Source of the DNA: Heterodontus francisci
Lineage: Eukaryota
Direction: 5' to 3'
DNA length: 64,000 nucleotides
Assembly (NCBI RefSeq): GCF_036365525.1
Contig: NC_090378.1
Location: forward strand, 105,344,151-105,408,150
Shown: positions 39,433-52,188 of the stretch, piece after piece
Layout of the letters: each line of letters opens with the position of its first letter
How positions within the stretch are numbered: position 1 is the first letter of the stretch
Translations under genes and position numbers: made by a program
Notes under the pieces: model-generated
What the model saw: only the letters and a program-made list of their open reading frames with translations
What the model was told of the DNA's origin: nothing
Database searches by the model: none

Positions 39433-39869
39433 TCGGCTGCATTCAATAAAAGCTCTGTATCCTGTATTTTGATACGTAGGTGCTGCAATACATCTCAGTT
39501 ACGCATGACAAGCATCACTTTTCAGGTCCTCTTATGACCACCATTATGCATTTTAACCAAAAGACATGCCTAAACTTCAATCACTATCACCAAGAACGGG
39601 GAGTAAAACACATTCTGGAACTCCTGCTGTTGCATTGCTGGTTACTGTGATCAGTATATCACATTAAATACAGGTTATTACCATATCATCACTTATGATT
39701 AATACACAATATATCCAGTAAAAGATCGTCAAGGTTAAAGCTGGTTTGTGACTTCCCTTTTACTCACATCAACACCTAATGGGCAGAATCTACAGACAGA
39801 GAACAAGGACCAAGCAAAAACAGAAAGAAACTCCATTCAGATCACTCTTTCCAAACTTTATCCCACCAA

Positions 39870-40130
39870 AGAACTTGCATTTATATAGCTCCTTTCACAA
39901 CCTTGGGATGACCCAAAGCTTTTGCAGTAAATCTGTGCAAAGCAAGCTCCCAAAAACAGCAATCTGATAACGGTCAAATAATCTGCTTTAGTGATGTTGG
40001 TTGAGTGATAAAATATTGGCCTGGACACATTGTGAACTCCCCTGCTCTTCTTTGAAATAGTGCCTTGGGATTTGTAACTTCCACCTAAGAGAGCAGATGG
40101 GCCCTCTGTTTAGCACCTTATCCAAAAGTA
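39870..40130 (-). mobile_element. DeuSINE, partial
   Basis: ACTTGCATTTATATAGCTCCTTTCAC tail and CTCCCCTGCTCTTCTTTGAAATAGTGCC core. Confidence 0.8.
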
Positions 40131-40340
40131 TCTTTCTTTCTTCCTTTGAAACGTTCAGCCACTATGAGAATGGTCCACATGCACCCACGTCCTGTTACCA
40201 AGGCCAGAGACACTTTAATATGCCACTTGCTAAAGTGAGAGCAAAAGAACAAGTTTACAACAGTTTGGTTCCCTTTCTAATGAACATTGATCTGTCACAC
40301 AAATTCAGTAATGGCATTCACTGAACAGACAATCTCACAT

Positions 40341-40732
40341 TTTCTTTTTATTCCTTCATAGGATGTGGGCATCACTGACAAGGCCAGCATTTGTTGCCCA
40401 TCCCTAATTGCCCTTGACAACTGAGTGGCTTTCTCAGCCATTTCAGAGGGCAGTTAAGAGTTAACCACATTGCTGTGGGTCTGGAGTCACATATAGGCCA
40501 GACCAGGTAAGGCCAGCAGATTTCCTTCCCTGGAGGGCATTAGTGAACCAGATGGTTTTTTACAACAATGGCTTCATGGTTACCATTAGACTAGCTTTTA
40601 ATTCCAGAGTTATTAACTGAATTCAAATTTCACCATCTGCCATTGTGGGTTTTGAACTCATGTCTTCAATGCATTGGCCTAAATTGCTGGATTACTAGTC
40701 CAGCAATATTACCACTACTCCACTGCCTCCCC
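40341..40732 (-). mobile_element. tRNA-derived SINE family B, full length
   Basis: Head GGGGAGGCAGTGGAGTAGTGGTAAT...GAGTTCAAAACC; 3' ~70 nt matches the LINE family B tail (CAAGGGCAATTAGGGATGGGCAA). Confidence 0.88.
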
Positions 40733-41322
40733 ATAACGTACAGTCATACAGCACAGAAAGAGTTCAATTGGCCTATCGGAACTGCACTCATTATGCTGAG
40801 AGAGAGAGAGTGAGAAAGCAGCAGAGTAACGTAAGTGTAGAACAGAAATATAATTTTGATGCAGTGGAGGGGGGGAGCGATATCCTGGCAGAGGGTGGTG
40901 GGGAGGGCGAGCTTCCATTATATACAGACCAGGCAAACAACCATTTACAAAACAAGTATTCATTTACAGTAATACTCTAAGCATTACATCACAATCTTGT
41001 ATTGGCTATAGTCATGTTCAGTGGGTGTATAATTATAAACATTATCTAGTTATTCTGTATTTCATGATACATGGTGCTAAAGTATGCGTCACGAGGTATA
41101 TAGTAGAGTGACAAAGTGACAATGTGTAGAGTTGTACCTTGGGTATGGAGTGGCACTGTCTACGTTAATGACAAATGATACAGTATGATGGTACTATGGC
41201 AGTTATGATGCACATTATATATAGTGGTAAAAGCAAAATACTGCAGATGCTGGATATCTGAAATAAAAACAAGAAATGCAGGAAATATTCAGTAGGTCTG
41301 GCAGCATCTGTGGAGCGAGAAG

Positions 41323-41365
41323 CAGAGTTAACATTTCAGGTCAGTGACCCTTCATCAGAACTGGC
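41323..41365 (-). ncRNA. Minimal type I hammerhead ribozyme motif (PLE family 1)
   Basis: Minus strand CAGTT-CTGATGA-AGGGTCACTGACCT-GAAA-TGTT-AACT: both core boxes intact, helix II GGTC/GACC, helix I AGTT/AACT. Confidence 0.7.
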
Positions 41366-42852
41366 AAAGGTTAGAAATGTAATAGGTTTTAAGCAAGTAA
41401 AGTGGGGGTGGGGCAAGAGATAACAAAAGAGAAGGTGTTGATAGGACAAGGTCACAGAGAATAACTGACCAGAAGGTCATGAAGCAAAGGCAAACAGTAT
41501 GTCAATGGTGTGGTGAAAGACAAAGCATTAGTGCAGAGAGAGTGTTAATGGACAGAAAACTGAACAGCTCTGGCCCAAAGCACAAACATGAAAAAAACAG
41601 TGGGGAGGCACATGGTAAGAAAAATGAATGATAAAACAAACTGAAATAAAATAAAAAGAAAAAAGAACTAAAAATAAAAAGATGGGGCCCGTCACGCTCT
41701 GAAATTATTGAACTCAATGTTCAGTCCGGCAGGCTGTAGTGTGCCTAATTGTTAAATGAGATGCTGTTCCTTGAGCTTGCATTGATGTTCACTGGAACAC
41801 TGCAGCAAGCCCAGGACAGATATGTGGGCGTGGGAGCAGTGGGTGTGTTGAAAGGGCAAGCAACTGGAAGCTCAGGGTTAGGCTTTCAGACTGAGCAGAA
41901 GTCTTCCGCAAAGCGGTCACCAAGTCTGCATTTGGTCCCCCCAATGTCGAGGAGACCACATTGTGAGCAGCGAATACAGTACACTACATTGAAAGAAGTA
42001 CAAGTAAATCGCTGCTTCACCTGAAAGGAGTGTTTGGGGCCTTGGATAGTGAGGAGAGAGGAGGTAAAAGTGCAGGTATTACACCTCCTGCGATTGTATG
42101 GGAAGATGCCATGGAAAGGGGACGAGGTGTTCGGGGTAATGGAGGAGTGGACCAGGGTGTCACAGAGGGAACGATCCCTTCGGAATGCTGACAGGGGAAG
42201 GGAGGGGAAGATGCCTTTGGTGGTGGCATCACGCTGGAGGTGGCGGAAATGGCGGAGGATGATCCTTTGGATGTGGAGGCAGGTGGGGTGGAAAGTGAGG
42301 ACAAGGGGAACCCTGTCGCAGTTCTGGGAGGGAGGGGAAGGGGTGAGGGTAGAGGTGCAGGAAATGGGCCAGACACGGTTCAGGGCCCTGTCAACCACAG
42401 TGGGGAGGAATCCTCAGTTGAGGAAAAAGGAAGACATATCAGAAGTGCTGTCGTGGAAGGTAGCATCATCAGAGCAGATGCGTCGGAGACGGAGAAACTG
42501 GGAGAATGAAATGGAGTCCTTACAGGAGACAGGGTGTGAAGAAGTGTAATCAAGGTAGCTGTGGGAGTCGGTGGGCTTATAATGAATATTCGTAAACAGC
42601 CAATCCTCAGAGATGGAGATAGAGAAGTCGAGGAAGGGAAGGGAAATGTCGGAGATGGAGCATGTAAAGGTGAGAGAAGGGTGGAAATTGGAAGCAAAGT
42701 TGCTAAAGTTTTCCAGTTCAGGGTGGGAGCAGGAAACGGTACCGATACAGTCATCTGGTCAGTTATTCTCCGTGACCCTGTCCTATCAACACCTTGCCTT
42801 TTGTTATCGCTTGCCTCACCCCTGCTTTATTTGCTTAAACATTTATGGCTCT

Positions 42853-42895
42853 GCCAGTTCTGATGAAGGGTCACTGACCTGAAACATTAACTCTG
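42853..42895 (+). ncRNA. Minimal type I hammerhead ribozyme motif (PLE family 1)
   Basis: CAGTT-CTGATGA-AGGGTCACTGACCT-GAAA-CATT-AACT. Confidence 0.7.
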
Positions 42896-43178
42896 CTTCT
42901 TTCGCCACAGAGGCTGCCAGACCTGCTGAGTATTTCCAGCATTTCTTGTTTTTATTTTCTATTATATATTGGTCATGGCTGAAATACAAACAACACTGAA
43001 TACACCAGATACTTCTGAGGTGCCTGATTATATAGTGATCTCGGCGAGACTGCGCTGGTATGTTATAAGGTGTATGTGATGATTCCATATCCAGCACTTG
43101 CCCCATATACTTCACAATGCTTACATACCTTGCCCAGCAAATGTTTTCCATCACTCAAACATTAATTCCTTTCTTACA

Positions 43179-43280
43179 CTGTTCTGACACAAGGTCATCG
43201 ACCTGAAACATTAACTCTGTTTCTCTCTCCACAGATGCTGCCTGAACTGCTGAGTATTTCCAGCATTTTCTGTTTTTATT
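43179..43280 (+). mobile_element. ~100-nt PLE terminal unit (degenerate hammerhead plus tail)
   Basis: Flanked by TTAATTCCTTTCTTACA (43162-43178) and TTAATTCCTTCCTACA (43281-43296). Confidence 0.82.
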
Positions 43281-43286
43281 TTAATT

Positions 43287-43425
43287 CCTTCCTACATTAC
43301 AACAGTGACTACACTTCAAAAGAACGTCATTGGCTGTAAAGCGCTTTGAGACTTCGAGTAGTCGTGAAAAGCACTGTATAAATGCAAGTCTTTTATTTTC
43401 CTTTCATTCTTTCTTTCTTTCTTCA
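43287..43425 (+). mobile_element. DeuSINE 3' tail with (TTTC)n
   Basis: CCTACATTACAACAGTGACTACACTTCAAAA...TATAAATGCAAGTC. Confidence 0.85.
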
Positions 43426-43819
43426 GACAGGGTTGCGATCCTTGAATTCTTTCCCCTGGCCTGCAGCTGGGTTCCGCAATCACCTCTGAATTCTGCTCGG
43501 TAACTGACTAACAGGAAGTGGCCTCACAGGTGAGCTCAACTGATTGCTTTCCTCCCCCATTCACCCAACCAGGATGCTGCACCTCTCTGTCCATTTGTCC
43601 ACTGCCCCATCTAGTGGCTCAAGCAGGAAGTCACAGCCCTGAGTCTCAGATGAGTGCAATTCAAGCCCTCTGTCTGCTGACTTGCAGCCCTTTGTAGATC
43701 TCCCACTTTGGACATGAAGTGGTCGAAACATATAGAATCCAGAATGAACGGTGGTTAGAAATATATGCAATTTTCTGTCAAAAAGGAAACCAGGGCAACT
43801 TGTGGCTCGTCTATAGCCT

Positions 43820-44015
43820 GCATCATAGGAATCAGAGTAAGCCATTCAGCCTCTCAAGCCTGCTCCACCATTCAAATCTGTATCTCAACTGCATCAACCA
43901 CCTTGGTTCCGTGACCCTACCCTTGCCACACAAGAGTCAAACAATCTCAGTTTTGAAATTTTCAATTGACCGCCAGCCTCAACAGGAGAGATGGAGAGAG
44001 TTCCAGGTCTTCACA
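43820..44015 (-). mobile_element. CR1 3' UTR fragment, diverged
   Basis: ATAGGAATCAGAGTAAGCCATTCAGCCTCTCAAGCCTGCTCCACCATTCAA resembles 3900-3960. Confidence 0.7.
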
Positions 44016-45107
44016 CATCGATCCTTCTGCCCACCTCTCTCACCTTGGCTCAGTCATGGGGTGGAGTGGAACTTTTCTTAGAGAATGGGTATTGAATAGT
44101 GACTGTAATCGTCACTAGTTAGTGCTTATTTCCACTAGTTAAAGGCAAGACATCAGAATGTCAAAATAAAGACTGAACCTAGGCTTGCGGAAATACTTGA
44201 TCAACCTCATTAGCTTCCTTTAGTTAGGGAGCGGGATGCTACGTAGCAAACATCATCAGCTCTGCCTGCTGTCTGACAGTTGAGGTGATGTCACTTTGGA
44301 CGGTCTGCTGAACCCACTGTCCTCTCTGAGCCAGAAGTAGGAGGATGAGGAGTGAACTTTAGATGCATGTTATAAACCAAGGACTTTAGCGCAGAAAGGG
44401 ACGGTAGTCGTCAAAGGATTGATTCATTGAAAAGGGCCATTGTTGAGCTTACTAAGAACAGCTGGGGACAGGGTACAATGTGACAATCGGCCTCTGCTCC
44501 TGGGCCAGAGGATTGAAGACGGAAAAAGTGGAAAAAAATTAATCAGTGAAGGTGCCCATTCCTGACCACTGCGAGGTGAAGCCTGCATGGGCATGTGTGG
44601 GTCTCTGCTGAGAGAAAGATCAGGCTGGCCTGTGAGGCCCTCCACAGTGGAATGCCCACTGACATTCACAGTACAGACCCAGAATGAAGAATGACCAACT
44701 GGATAAAATGAAATGAAATTAAATGCAAAAATTTGTAAGGAAAGGGTTGTTGCCAAGTAACTCTCTTCCATTAACTGTGAATGTGAAGGTAACTCTCAGT
44801 GCCTTTAACTGTGCCCTGTTTAGTTTACTACAATGTTCTTCATATACATGTACTGCCTTCTGATAACAAATGATGTGGCTCAGTGGGCAGCATTCTCACC
44901 TCGAAGGCACCAGGTCGTGGATTCAAGTTCCACTCCCTAGACTTGAGCATATAATTAACACTTCAGTACAGTGCTGGGGGAGCACTGCACAGTCGGAGGT
45001 ACTGGCTTTCAGATAAGATATTAAATGAGGCCCCTGTCTGCCCTCTCAGGTGGAGGTAAAAGACTCCATAACACAATTTTGAAAAACAGCAGGAGAGATA
45101 TCCTCAG

Positions 45108-46640
45108 GATATGTGGAACTTTGCTTGTTCCAGTCCTAATCAGGCCCTCTCTCTAACTTCTTTTTCTGGTACATTGATGATTGTATCTGTGCCGCTTCCA
45201 GCTCTCGCCCTGACCCGGAAAATTTCATTGTTTCCAAATTCCACCTTTCTCTCACCTTCACATGGTCCATCTCCGCCTCTTCCCTTCGCTTCATTGACTT
45301 CTCCATCTCCACTTCTAGGGATAAGCTGTCTGCTAAAATTCATTATAAGCCCGTAAACGCCCACAACTACCTCAACCACACTTCCTCACAACCTCCCTCC
45401 TGTAAGGACTCCATTCCATTCTCCCAATTTCTCTGTCTCTGTTACTTCTGTTTGAAATATGCATCCTTCCATACTAGCACTTCTGATATGTCTTCCTTTT
45501 TTCTCAGTCGCGGATTCCCCCCGACTGTGGTTGACAGGGCTCTCGACTGCGTCCAATCTATTTCACACACTTCTGCTCTCACCCCTTCCCCTCCCTCCCA
45601 GAACCAGGATAGGGATCCCCTTGTCCTCACCTTCCTCCCCACCAACCTCTGTGTTCAACGGATCATCCTCCGCCATTTCCGCCATCTCCAGTGTGATGCC
45701 ACCACAAAACACATCTTCCCTTCCCCTCCCCTTTCAGCATTCCAAAGGGACCCTTCCCTCTGTGACACCCTGATCCACTCCTTAATCACCCCCAACACCT
45801 CCTTCCTTTCCTTAAGCATCTTTCATGCAAGCGCAGGAGATGCAACACCTGTCCTTTTACCTCCTCCTTTCCCAATGTCCAGGGCCCCAAACACTCCTTC
45901 CAAGTGAGGCAGTGATTTATTTGTACTTCTTTTAATTTAGTATACTGTATTCACTGCTCACAATGTGGATTCCTCTGCACTGGGGAGCCAAAACACAGAC
46001 TGGGTGACCGTTTTCCGGAACACCTCTGTTCAGTCCACAAGCACAACCCCAAGCTTCCTGTCGCTTGTCCTTTTAATTCTCTACTTTGCTCCCACTCTGA
46101 CCTTTCTGGCCTTGGCCTGTTACAGTGTTACAATGGAGCTCAACGCAAGCTTGAGGAACAGCACCTCATCTTTCGACTGGGACTTTACAGCCTTCCAGAC
46201 TCAACATTGAGGTCAATAATTTTAAATCATAACCACTGCTCCCATAGTTTCCTTTTCCTTTTTTTTTTGCTGGTTTGTACCCGCCCCCCCACCCACCTTA
46301 CCCCCCGCCAACACCTTGTTTCTTTCTTAATCCCTTTACTTTGTGTTTGGATGGTACGACACTGCCATCTACACCTCATCCAGATACATCTTTTGTTTTG
46401 TTATTTGGCTTTGTACCATGAAACCTTATGTCATTTAATCTCTCCTGCTGTCCACCCTATCACACACCTCTTTTGTTCTTCTTTCCCCACTCCCCACTTT
46501 CACTTGCTCAAAACCAGTTAGATTTCTAACCTTTGCCTGTTCTGATGAAAGGTCACAGACCCGAAACGTTACCTCTGTTTTTCTCTACATAGACGCTGCC
46601 TGACCGGTTGAGTGTTTCCAGCATTTTCTGTTTTTGTTTC
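45108..46640 (+). mobile_element. Penelope-like element, 5'-truncated
   Basis: RT YIDD (TACATTGATGAT, ~45170); RGFPPTVVDRAL...PLVLTF; decayed GIY-YIG region; 12-bp TSD AGATATCCTCAG (45096-45107) / AGATATCCCCAG (46641-46652). Confidence 0.92.
46538..46577 (+). ncRNA. Minimal hammerhead ribozyme motif (PLE family 1)
   Basis: GTT-CTGATGA-AAGGTCACAGACCC-GAAA-CGTT-ACC; retains palindromic AACGTT, helix I has a mismatch. Confidence 0.65.
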
Positions 46641-47559
46641 AGATATCCCCAGTGTGCCGGCAAGTAGCCATCAACTGGCATATTAAAACAGATTATCTGA
46701 TCATTATCATCTTGCTGTTTGTGGGAGCTTGCTGTGTGCAAAATGGCTTCTGCATTTCCTACATTACAACAGTGACTACACTTCAAAAGATACATCATTG
46801 GCTGTAAAGTGCTTTGGGACAACCTGAGGTCATGAAACATGCTACAGAAATTCAAGTTCTTACTTTTATCTATGGCAGCCAACTTTAGGCAACAAAATGT
46901 CAGTTGGCCAATGAACTTTAATCAGAGAATACGCACACCTCGTATATATGTATGAACCTAGACCTCAATGCCATAATACTGTCCTTATCCACCATCCATT
47001 GTGCAATTCCCAGCAGTGGTTAGTGAGCAGTATTCCAGTGCCAGGAGAACTGGTGGGTAAATGGAGATAAGATAAAGATTAGCCATGATCGAAATGAACA
47101 GTCTTGAGGGACTGATTGGTCTCCTTTTATATTCCTTGAAACCTAATGCAGCCATTCTGCCTGGTGAAGGACAATGTTATTGTTCACTATTCCTGACAGT
47201 GTGCAAGATCCAACCAACATCTCAGGAAAAAGGTTCAAAATAGACACAGTGGTTCTTAAAAATATATTCAAGTATTTTACATTACTCACCATTTATTTCT
47301 TTTACATGACATTTAAAAAAATGAGACTCCCTGGATCCGGTTTCCTATTGAGACTCCTGCAGATCACCGCTTGATGCCAAATTCCACATAGAGGTGAGTA
47401 ATAATGAATAATAAATTGCACGCATTAACAGATGCAGCCTTTTAACCCCTGCAACACCTAAATATACAGAGAACTCTACTGAATGGGATATCCAATCCTT
47501 TATTAAGAAACAAATCACTAACAAATTTTAACGATTCAATAATCATTAAGTTCATGTTA

Positions 47560-47980
47560 GCCTTGGCTCAGTTGGTAACTCACTCGCTTATGGCTCAGAA
47601 AGTCATGGGTTCAAGTCACACTCCAGAGACTTTGAACACATACTCTAGGCCGTCACTTCAATGCAGTACTGAGGGAGTGCTGCACTACTAGAGCTGAAAG
47701 ATGTTAAACCAAGGCTGCATCTGCCTCTCAAGTAGATGTACGAGTACCAATAGCATTGTTCAAAGAAAAGCAGGGCCGTTCTCCAAGTATACAGGCCAAT
47801 ATTGAACCCTCAACGAACCTCACGAAAACAGACTAACTGGGCATTTCTGTTTGTGGAACCTTGCTGTGCACAAATTGGCTGTTGCATTTGCCCATATAAC
47901 AAGAATTACTACAATTCTAAGTAATCCATTGCTTGTGAAGAGCTTTCAGACATCTTGAGAATGCAAAAGGTGCAAGCTCT
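47560..47980 (+). mobile_element. DeuSINE
   Basis: TGGCTCAGTTGGTA...GGGTTCAAGTC...GCAGTACTGAGGGAGTGCTGCACT...CTTGCTGTGCACAAATTGGCTG. Confidence 0.85.
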
Positions 47981-48274
47981 AACTGAATCTTATAGTAATA
48001 ATCTGCTGGGGTGTCAGTTGTAGCTTTTTCACTGCAATAGTGCATAAACAGTTAGAAAAACAGCCCTGCTGTTTCCTATTCCTCTTCTCATTTTAACTTT
48101 TATGTTACACCCCCCACCCCCTCCCATTCCATTTTGTCTTTATCCCGTAACCTCATCTATTTCCTCGACCAAAGAGCTGGCCATCTTTATAATTGGGATC
48201 AGCTAAAAACCTATTTGAAATTCTGTTTATTTTCAAACAATAAAGACATGGTTTTTACAAGTAACCGCTACAAA

Positions 48275-51037
48275 GTCGATGAGGAATGAAACCAGACGGA
48301 CCACCCAGCGTCAACCTAGGCACCGGAAACGACAACGGCAAACCCAGCCCTGTCGACCCTGCAAAGTCCTCCTTACTAACATCTGGGGGCTTGTCTCAAA
48401 GTTGGGAGAGCTGTCCCAGAGACTAGTCACGGAATCATACCTTACAGACAATGTCCCAGACACCACCATCACCATCTCTGGGTATGTCCTCTCCCACCAA
48501 CAGGACAGACCCAGAAGAGGTGGCGACAGGCAGGAGGGAGTTGCCCTGGGATTTCTAAACATTGACTCCGGACATGAAGTTTCTGGAATCAGGTCAAACA
48601 TGGGCAAGGAAACCTCCTGCTGATTACCACCTACTGTCCCCCCTCAGCTGAAGAATCAGTACTCCTCCATGTTGAACACCACTTGGAGGAGTACTGAGGG
48701 TGGCAAGGGTGCAGAATGTACTCTGAATGAGGGGCTTCAATGTCTATTGCCAAGAATGACTCAGTAGCACCACTACTGACCGAGCTGTCCAAGTCCTAAA
48801 GGACATAGCTGCTAGACTGGGTCTGTGGCAGGTGGTGAGGGAACCAACAAGAGGGAAAAACCTACTTGACCTCATCCTCACCAATCTGCCTACTGCAGAT
48901 GCATCTGTCCATGACAGCATTGGTAGGAGTAACCACCGCACAGTCCTTGTGGAGGCAAAGTCCCAAATTCACACTGAGGATACCCTCCATCATGTTGTGT
49001 GGCACTATCACCATGCTAAATGCGATAGATTTTGAACAGATCTAACAATACAAAACTGGGCATCCATGAGGTGCTGTGGGCCATCAGCAGCAGCAGAATT
49101 GTACTCAACCACAATCTGTAACCTCATGGCCTGGAATATCCCCCACTCTACCATTACCATCAAGCCAGAGGATCAACCCTGATTCAATGAACAGTGCAGG
49201 AGGGCATGCCCGGAGCAGCACCAGGCATACCTCAAAATGTGGCATCAACCTGGTGAAGCTACAAGCCAGGACTACTTGCATGCCAAACAGCATAAGCAGC
49301 ATGCAATAGACAGAGCTAAGCGATCCCATAACCAACGGATCAGATCTAAGCTCTGCAGTCCTTCCACATCCAATTGTGAATGGTGGTGGACAATTAAACA
49401 ACTAACTGGAGGATGTGGCTCTACAATATTCCCAACCTCAATGACAAGGCTGAAGCATTTGCAATAAACTTCAGCCAGAGGTGCCGAGCGGATGATCCAT
49501 CTCGGCCTCCTCCTGAAGTCTCCAGCATCACAGATGCCACACTTCAGCCAATTTGACTCACTCTGCGTGATATCAAGAAATGACTAAAGGCACTGGATAC
49601 TGCAAAGGCCCTGACAATATTCCGGCAATAGTACTGAAGACCTGTGCTCCAGAACGTGCCGCGCCCCTAGCCAAGCTGTTCCAGTACAGCTACAACACTG
49701 GCATCTACCCAGCAATGTGGAAAATTGTCCAGGTCTGTCCTGGTAAGGTATCGTCAACAGTACTATCAAGTGGCACTTACTTAGCAATAATTTGCTCAAT
49801 GATGCTCAGTTTGGGTTCTGCCAGAGCCACTCATTACAGCCTCATTACAGCTCTGGTTCAAACATGGACAAAACAGCCCAACTCAAGAGGTGTGGTGAGA
49901 GTGAATGCCCTTAACATCAAGGCAGCATTTGACCGAGTATGGCATCAAGGAGCCCTAGCAAAATTAGAGTCAATGGGAATTGGGGTAAGCTCTCCGCTGG
50001 CTGGAGGCATACCTAGCGCAAAGGAAGATGGTTGTGGCTGTTGGAGGTCAATCATCTCAGCTCCAGGACATCACTGTAGGCGTTCCTCAGGGTAGTGCCC
50101 AGGCTTAAACATCTTCAGCTGCTTCAATCATAAGGTCAGAAGTGGGGATGTTCGCTGATGATTGCACAATGTTCAGCACCATTTGTGACCCCTCAGATAC
50201 TGAAACAGTCTGTGTAGAAATGCAGCAAGACCTGGACAATATCCAGGCTTGGACTGATAAGTGGCAAGTAACATGCCACACAAGTGCCAGGCAATGACCA
50301 TCTCCAACAAGAGAGAATCTAAACATCTCCCCTTGACATTCAATGGCATTACCATCGCTGAATCCCACACTATCAACATCCTGGAGGTTACCATTGACCA
50401 TATGGAGTAGCCATATAAATACGGTGGCTACAAGATAGTCAGAGACTAGGAATCCTGCGGCGAGTAACTCACCTCCTGACTCCCCAAAGCCTGTCCATCA
50501 TCTACAATGCACACATCAAGAGTATGATGGAATACTCTGCACTTGCCTGGATGGGTGCAGCTCCAACAACACTCAAGAAGCTCGACACCATCCAGGACAA
50601 AGCAGCTCGCTTGATTCGCACCCTATCCACAAATATTCACTCCCTCCACCACCGACGCACAGTGGCAGCAGTGTGTACCATCTACAAGATGCACTGCGGC
50701 AATGCACCAAGGCTCCTTAGACAGCACCTTCCAAACCCGCGACCTCTACCATGTAGAAGGACAAAGGCAGCCAATGCATGGGAACACCACCACTTGCAAG
50801 TTCCCCTCCAAGCAACACACCATCCTGGCTTGGAACCATATCGCCGTTCCTTCACTGTCGTTGGGTCAAAATCCTGAAATTCCCTTCCTAACAGCACTGT
50901 GGGTGTACCTACACCACATGGACTGCAGCGTTTCAAGAAGGCAGCTCACCACCACCTTCTCAAGGGCTATTACGGATAGGCAATAAATGCTGGCCTGGCC
51001 AGTGAAGCCCACATCCCTATAAACAAATAAAAAAAAG
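48275..51037 (+). mobile_element. LINE family B, nearly complete ORF2 with internal deletions
   Basis: TNIWGLVSKLGEL, TESYL, PTRGKNLLDLILTN, GPDNIPAIVLK, AFDRVWH, FADDCT; A-rich tail. Paralogous to 33905-36552. Confidence 0.92.
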
Positions 51038-51409
51038 TTTGACCCCAAGAAGAGGGTGAGTTTCAATCGCCTTTAGCACCCCACGCAAGTATTCATGTCG
51101 TCACAGTGATTGTTAATTGACCATATATTTTTAGCACATCTTACTCAAGAATCGTGGAGTCAATCGTAGTCTTCAGCTGCTGCCCAGATAGATAACTAAA
51201 CACAGAACCAGGCTGGAAGACTCAGCAAAATGAGTTGTCATGCCGCTAGTGCTCGAAGGGTTAACAGCAAACTGAAGATCATCTTAAAATCTAAATTTTT
51301 GCTCATTATATCGAATTTTCCAAAGTGGTTTATAATATTGAATTTACTTACACGTCTCCCCTTGCTTCCATTTTAGGTAATTTTACCCCTCTTTAAATTC
51401 CTGTTACTT

Positions 51410-51816
51410 TCTTTTATCCTTTCATAGGATGTGGGATCAATGGCAAGGCCAGCATTTATTGCCCATCCCTAATTGCCCTTGAACTGAGTGGCTTGCTAGG
51501 CCATTTCAGAAGGCAGTTAAGAGTGAACCAGTGGTTCTGGGGTCACATGTAGGCCAGATCAGGTAAGGATGGCAGATTTCCTTCCCTAAAGGGCATTAGT
51601 GAACCAGATGGGTTTTTACGACAATTGATGATAGTTTCACATCACCATTACTGAGATTGGCTTTCAATTCCAGATTTTTATTAATTAATTGAATTTATTA
51701 ATTAATTGAATTTAAATTCCACCAGCTGCTGTGGTGGGATTTGAACCCATGTCCCCAGGGCATTAGCTTGGGCCCCTGGACTACAAGTTCAATGACATTA
51801 CCACAATGCACCCCCT
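51410..51816 (-). mobile_element. tRNA-derived SINE family B
   Basis: Colinear with 40341-40732; B box GGGTTCAAATCCC on the minus strand. Confidence 0.88.
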
Positions 51817-52188
51817 CTTTAATTGGTGTTCCGGTCTGTCTAATTAGTACCTGTCTAACATGGCGGGTAGAGATCAAGAACCCTGACATGATCCCTCAAT
51901 CCACTGACCCAACATTCTCAAACATCAACATGCTTCCCCTCTCTGGTACTGCAAGAGCCTTGAATGCCAAGACAAACCAAGGCGAAAAGTTAAATATTTC
52001 CTATCATTTGATCAGACTGTTCTTTCAGCACTAGGACAGAAGTGAGAGATGAAGCTCTCTTTAACTAATGAACAATGCTAGCACTGTGTGATACTGCGGA
52101 ATACATTCAGCAGGGTTTACTGATGTGTACTCTTGACAAGCACCGATGACGGAGGATTTGATCTTTTACCCCGCTCCCCTCTTCCATA

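Larger units (their letters stand above)
41229..42960 (-). mobile_element. Penelope-like element (Neptune-type), 5'-truncated, with an inverted copy of its 3' end
   Basis: ORF 41886-42398 has a Cys linker and GIY-YIG motif VVYCIRCSQCGLLDIGGT..RLGDRF; RT C-terminus upstream. Arms 41229-41476 and 42751-42960 are inverted; imperfect TSD ATTATATATAGTGGT / ATTATATATTGGT. Confidence 0.92.
44875..46865 (+). mobile_element. DeuSINE split by a Penelope insertion (44875-45107 and 46641-46865)
   Basis: Head through GCAGGAGAGATATCCTCAG, resuming AGATATCCCCAGTGT...AAAACAGATTATCTG. Confidence 0.85.
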
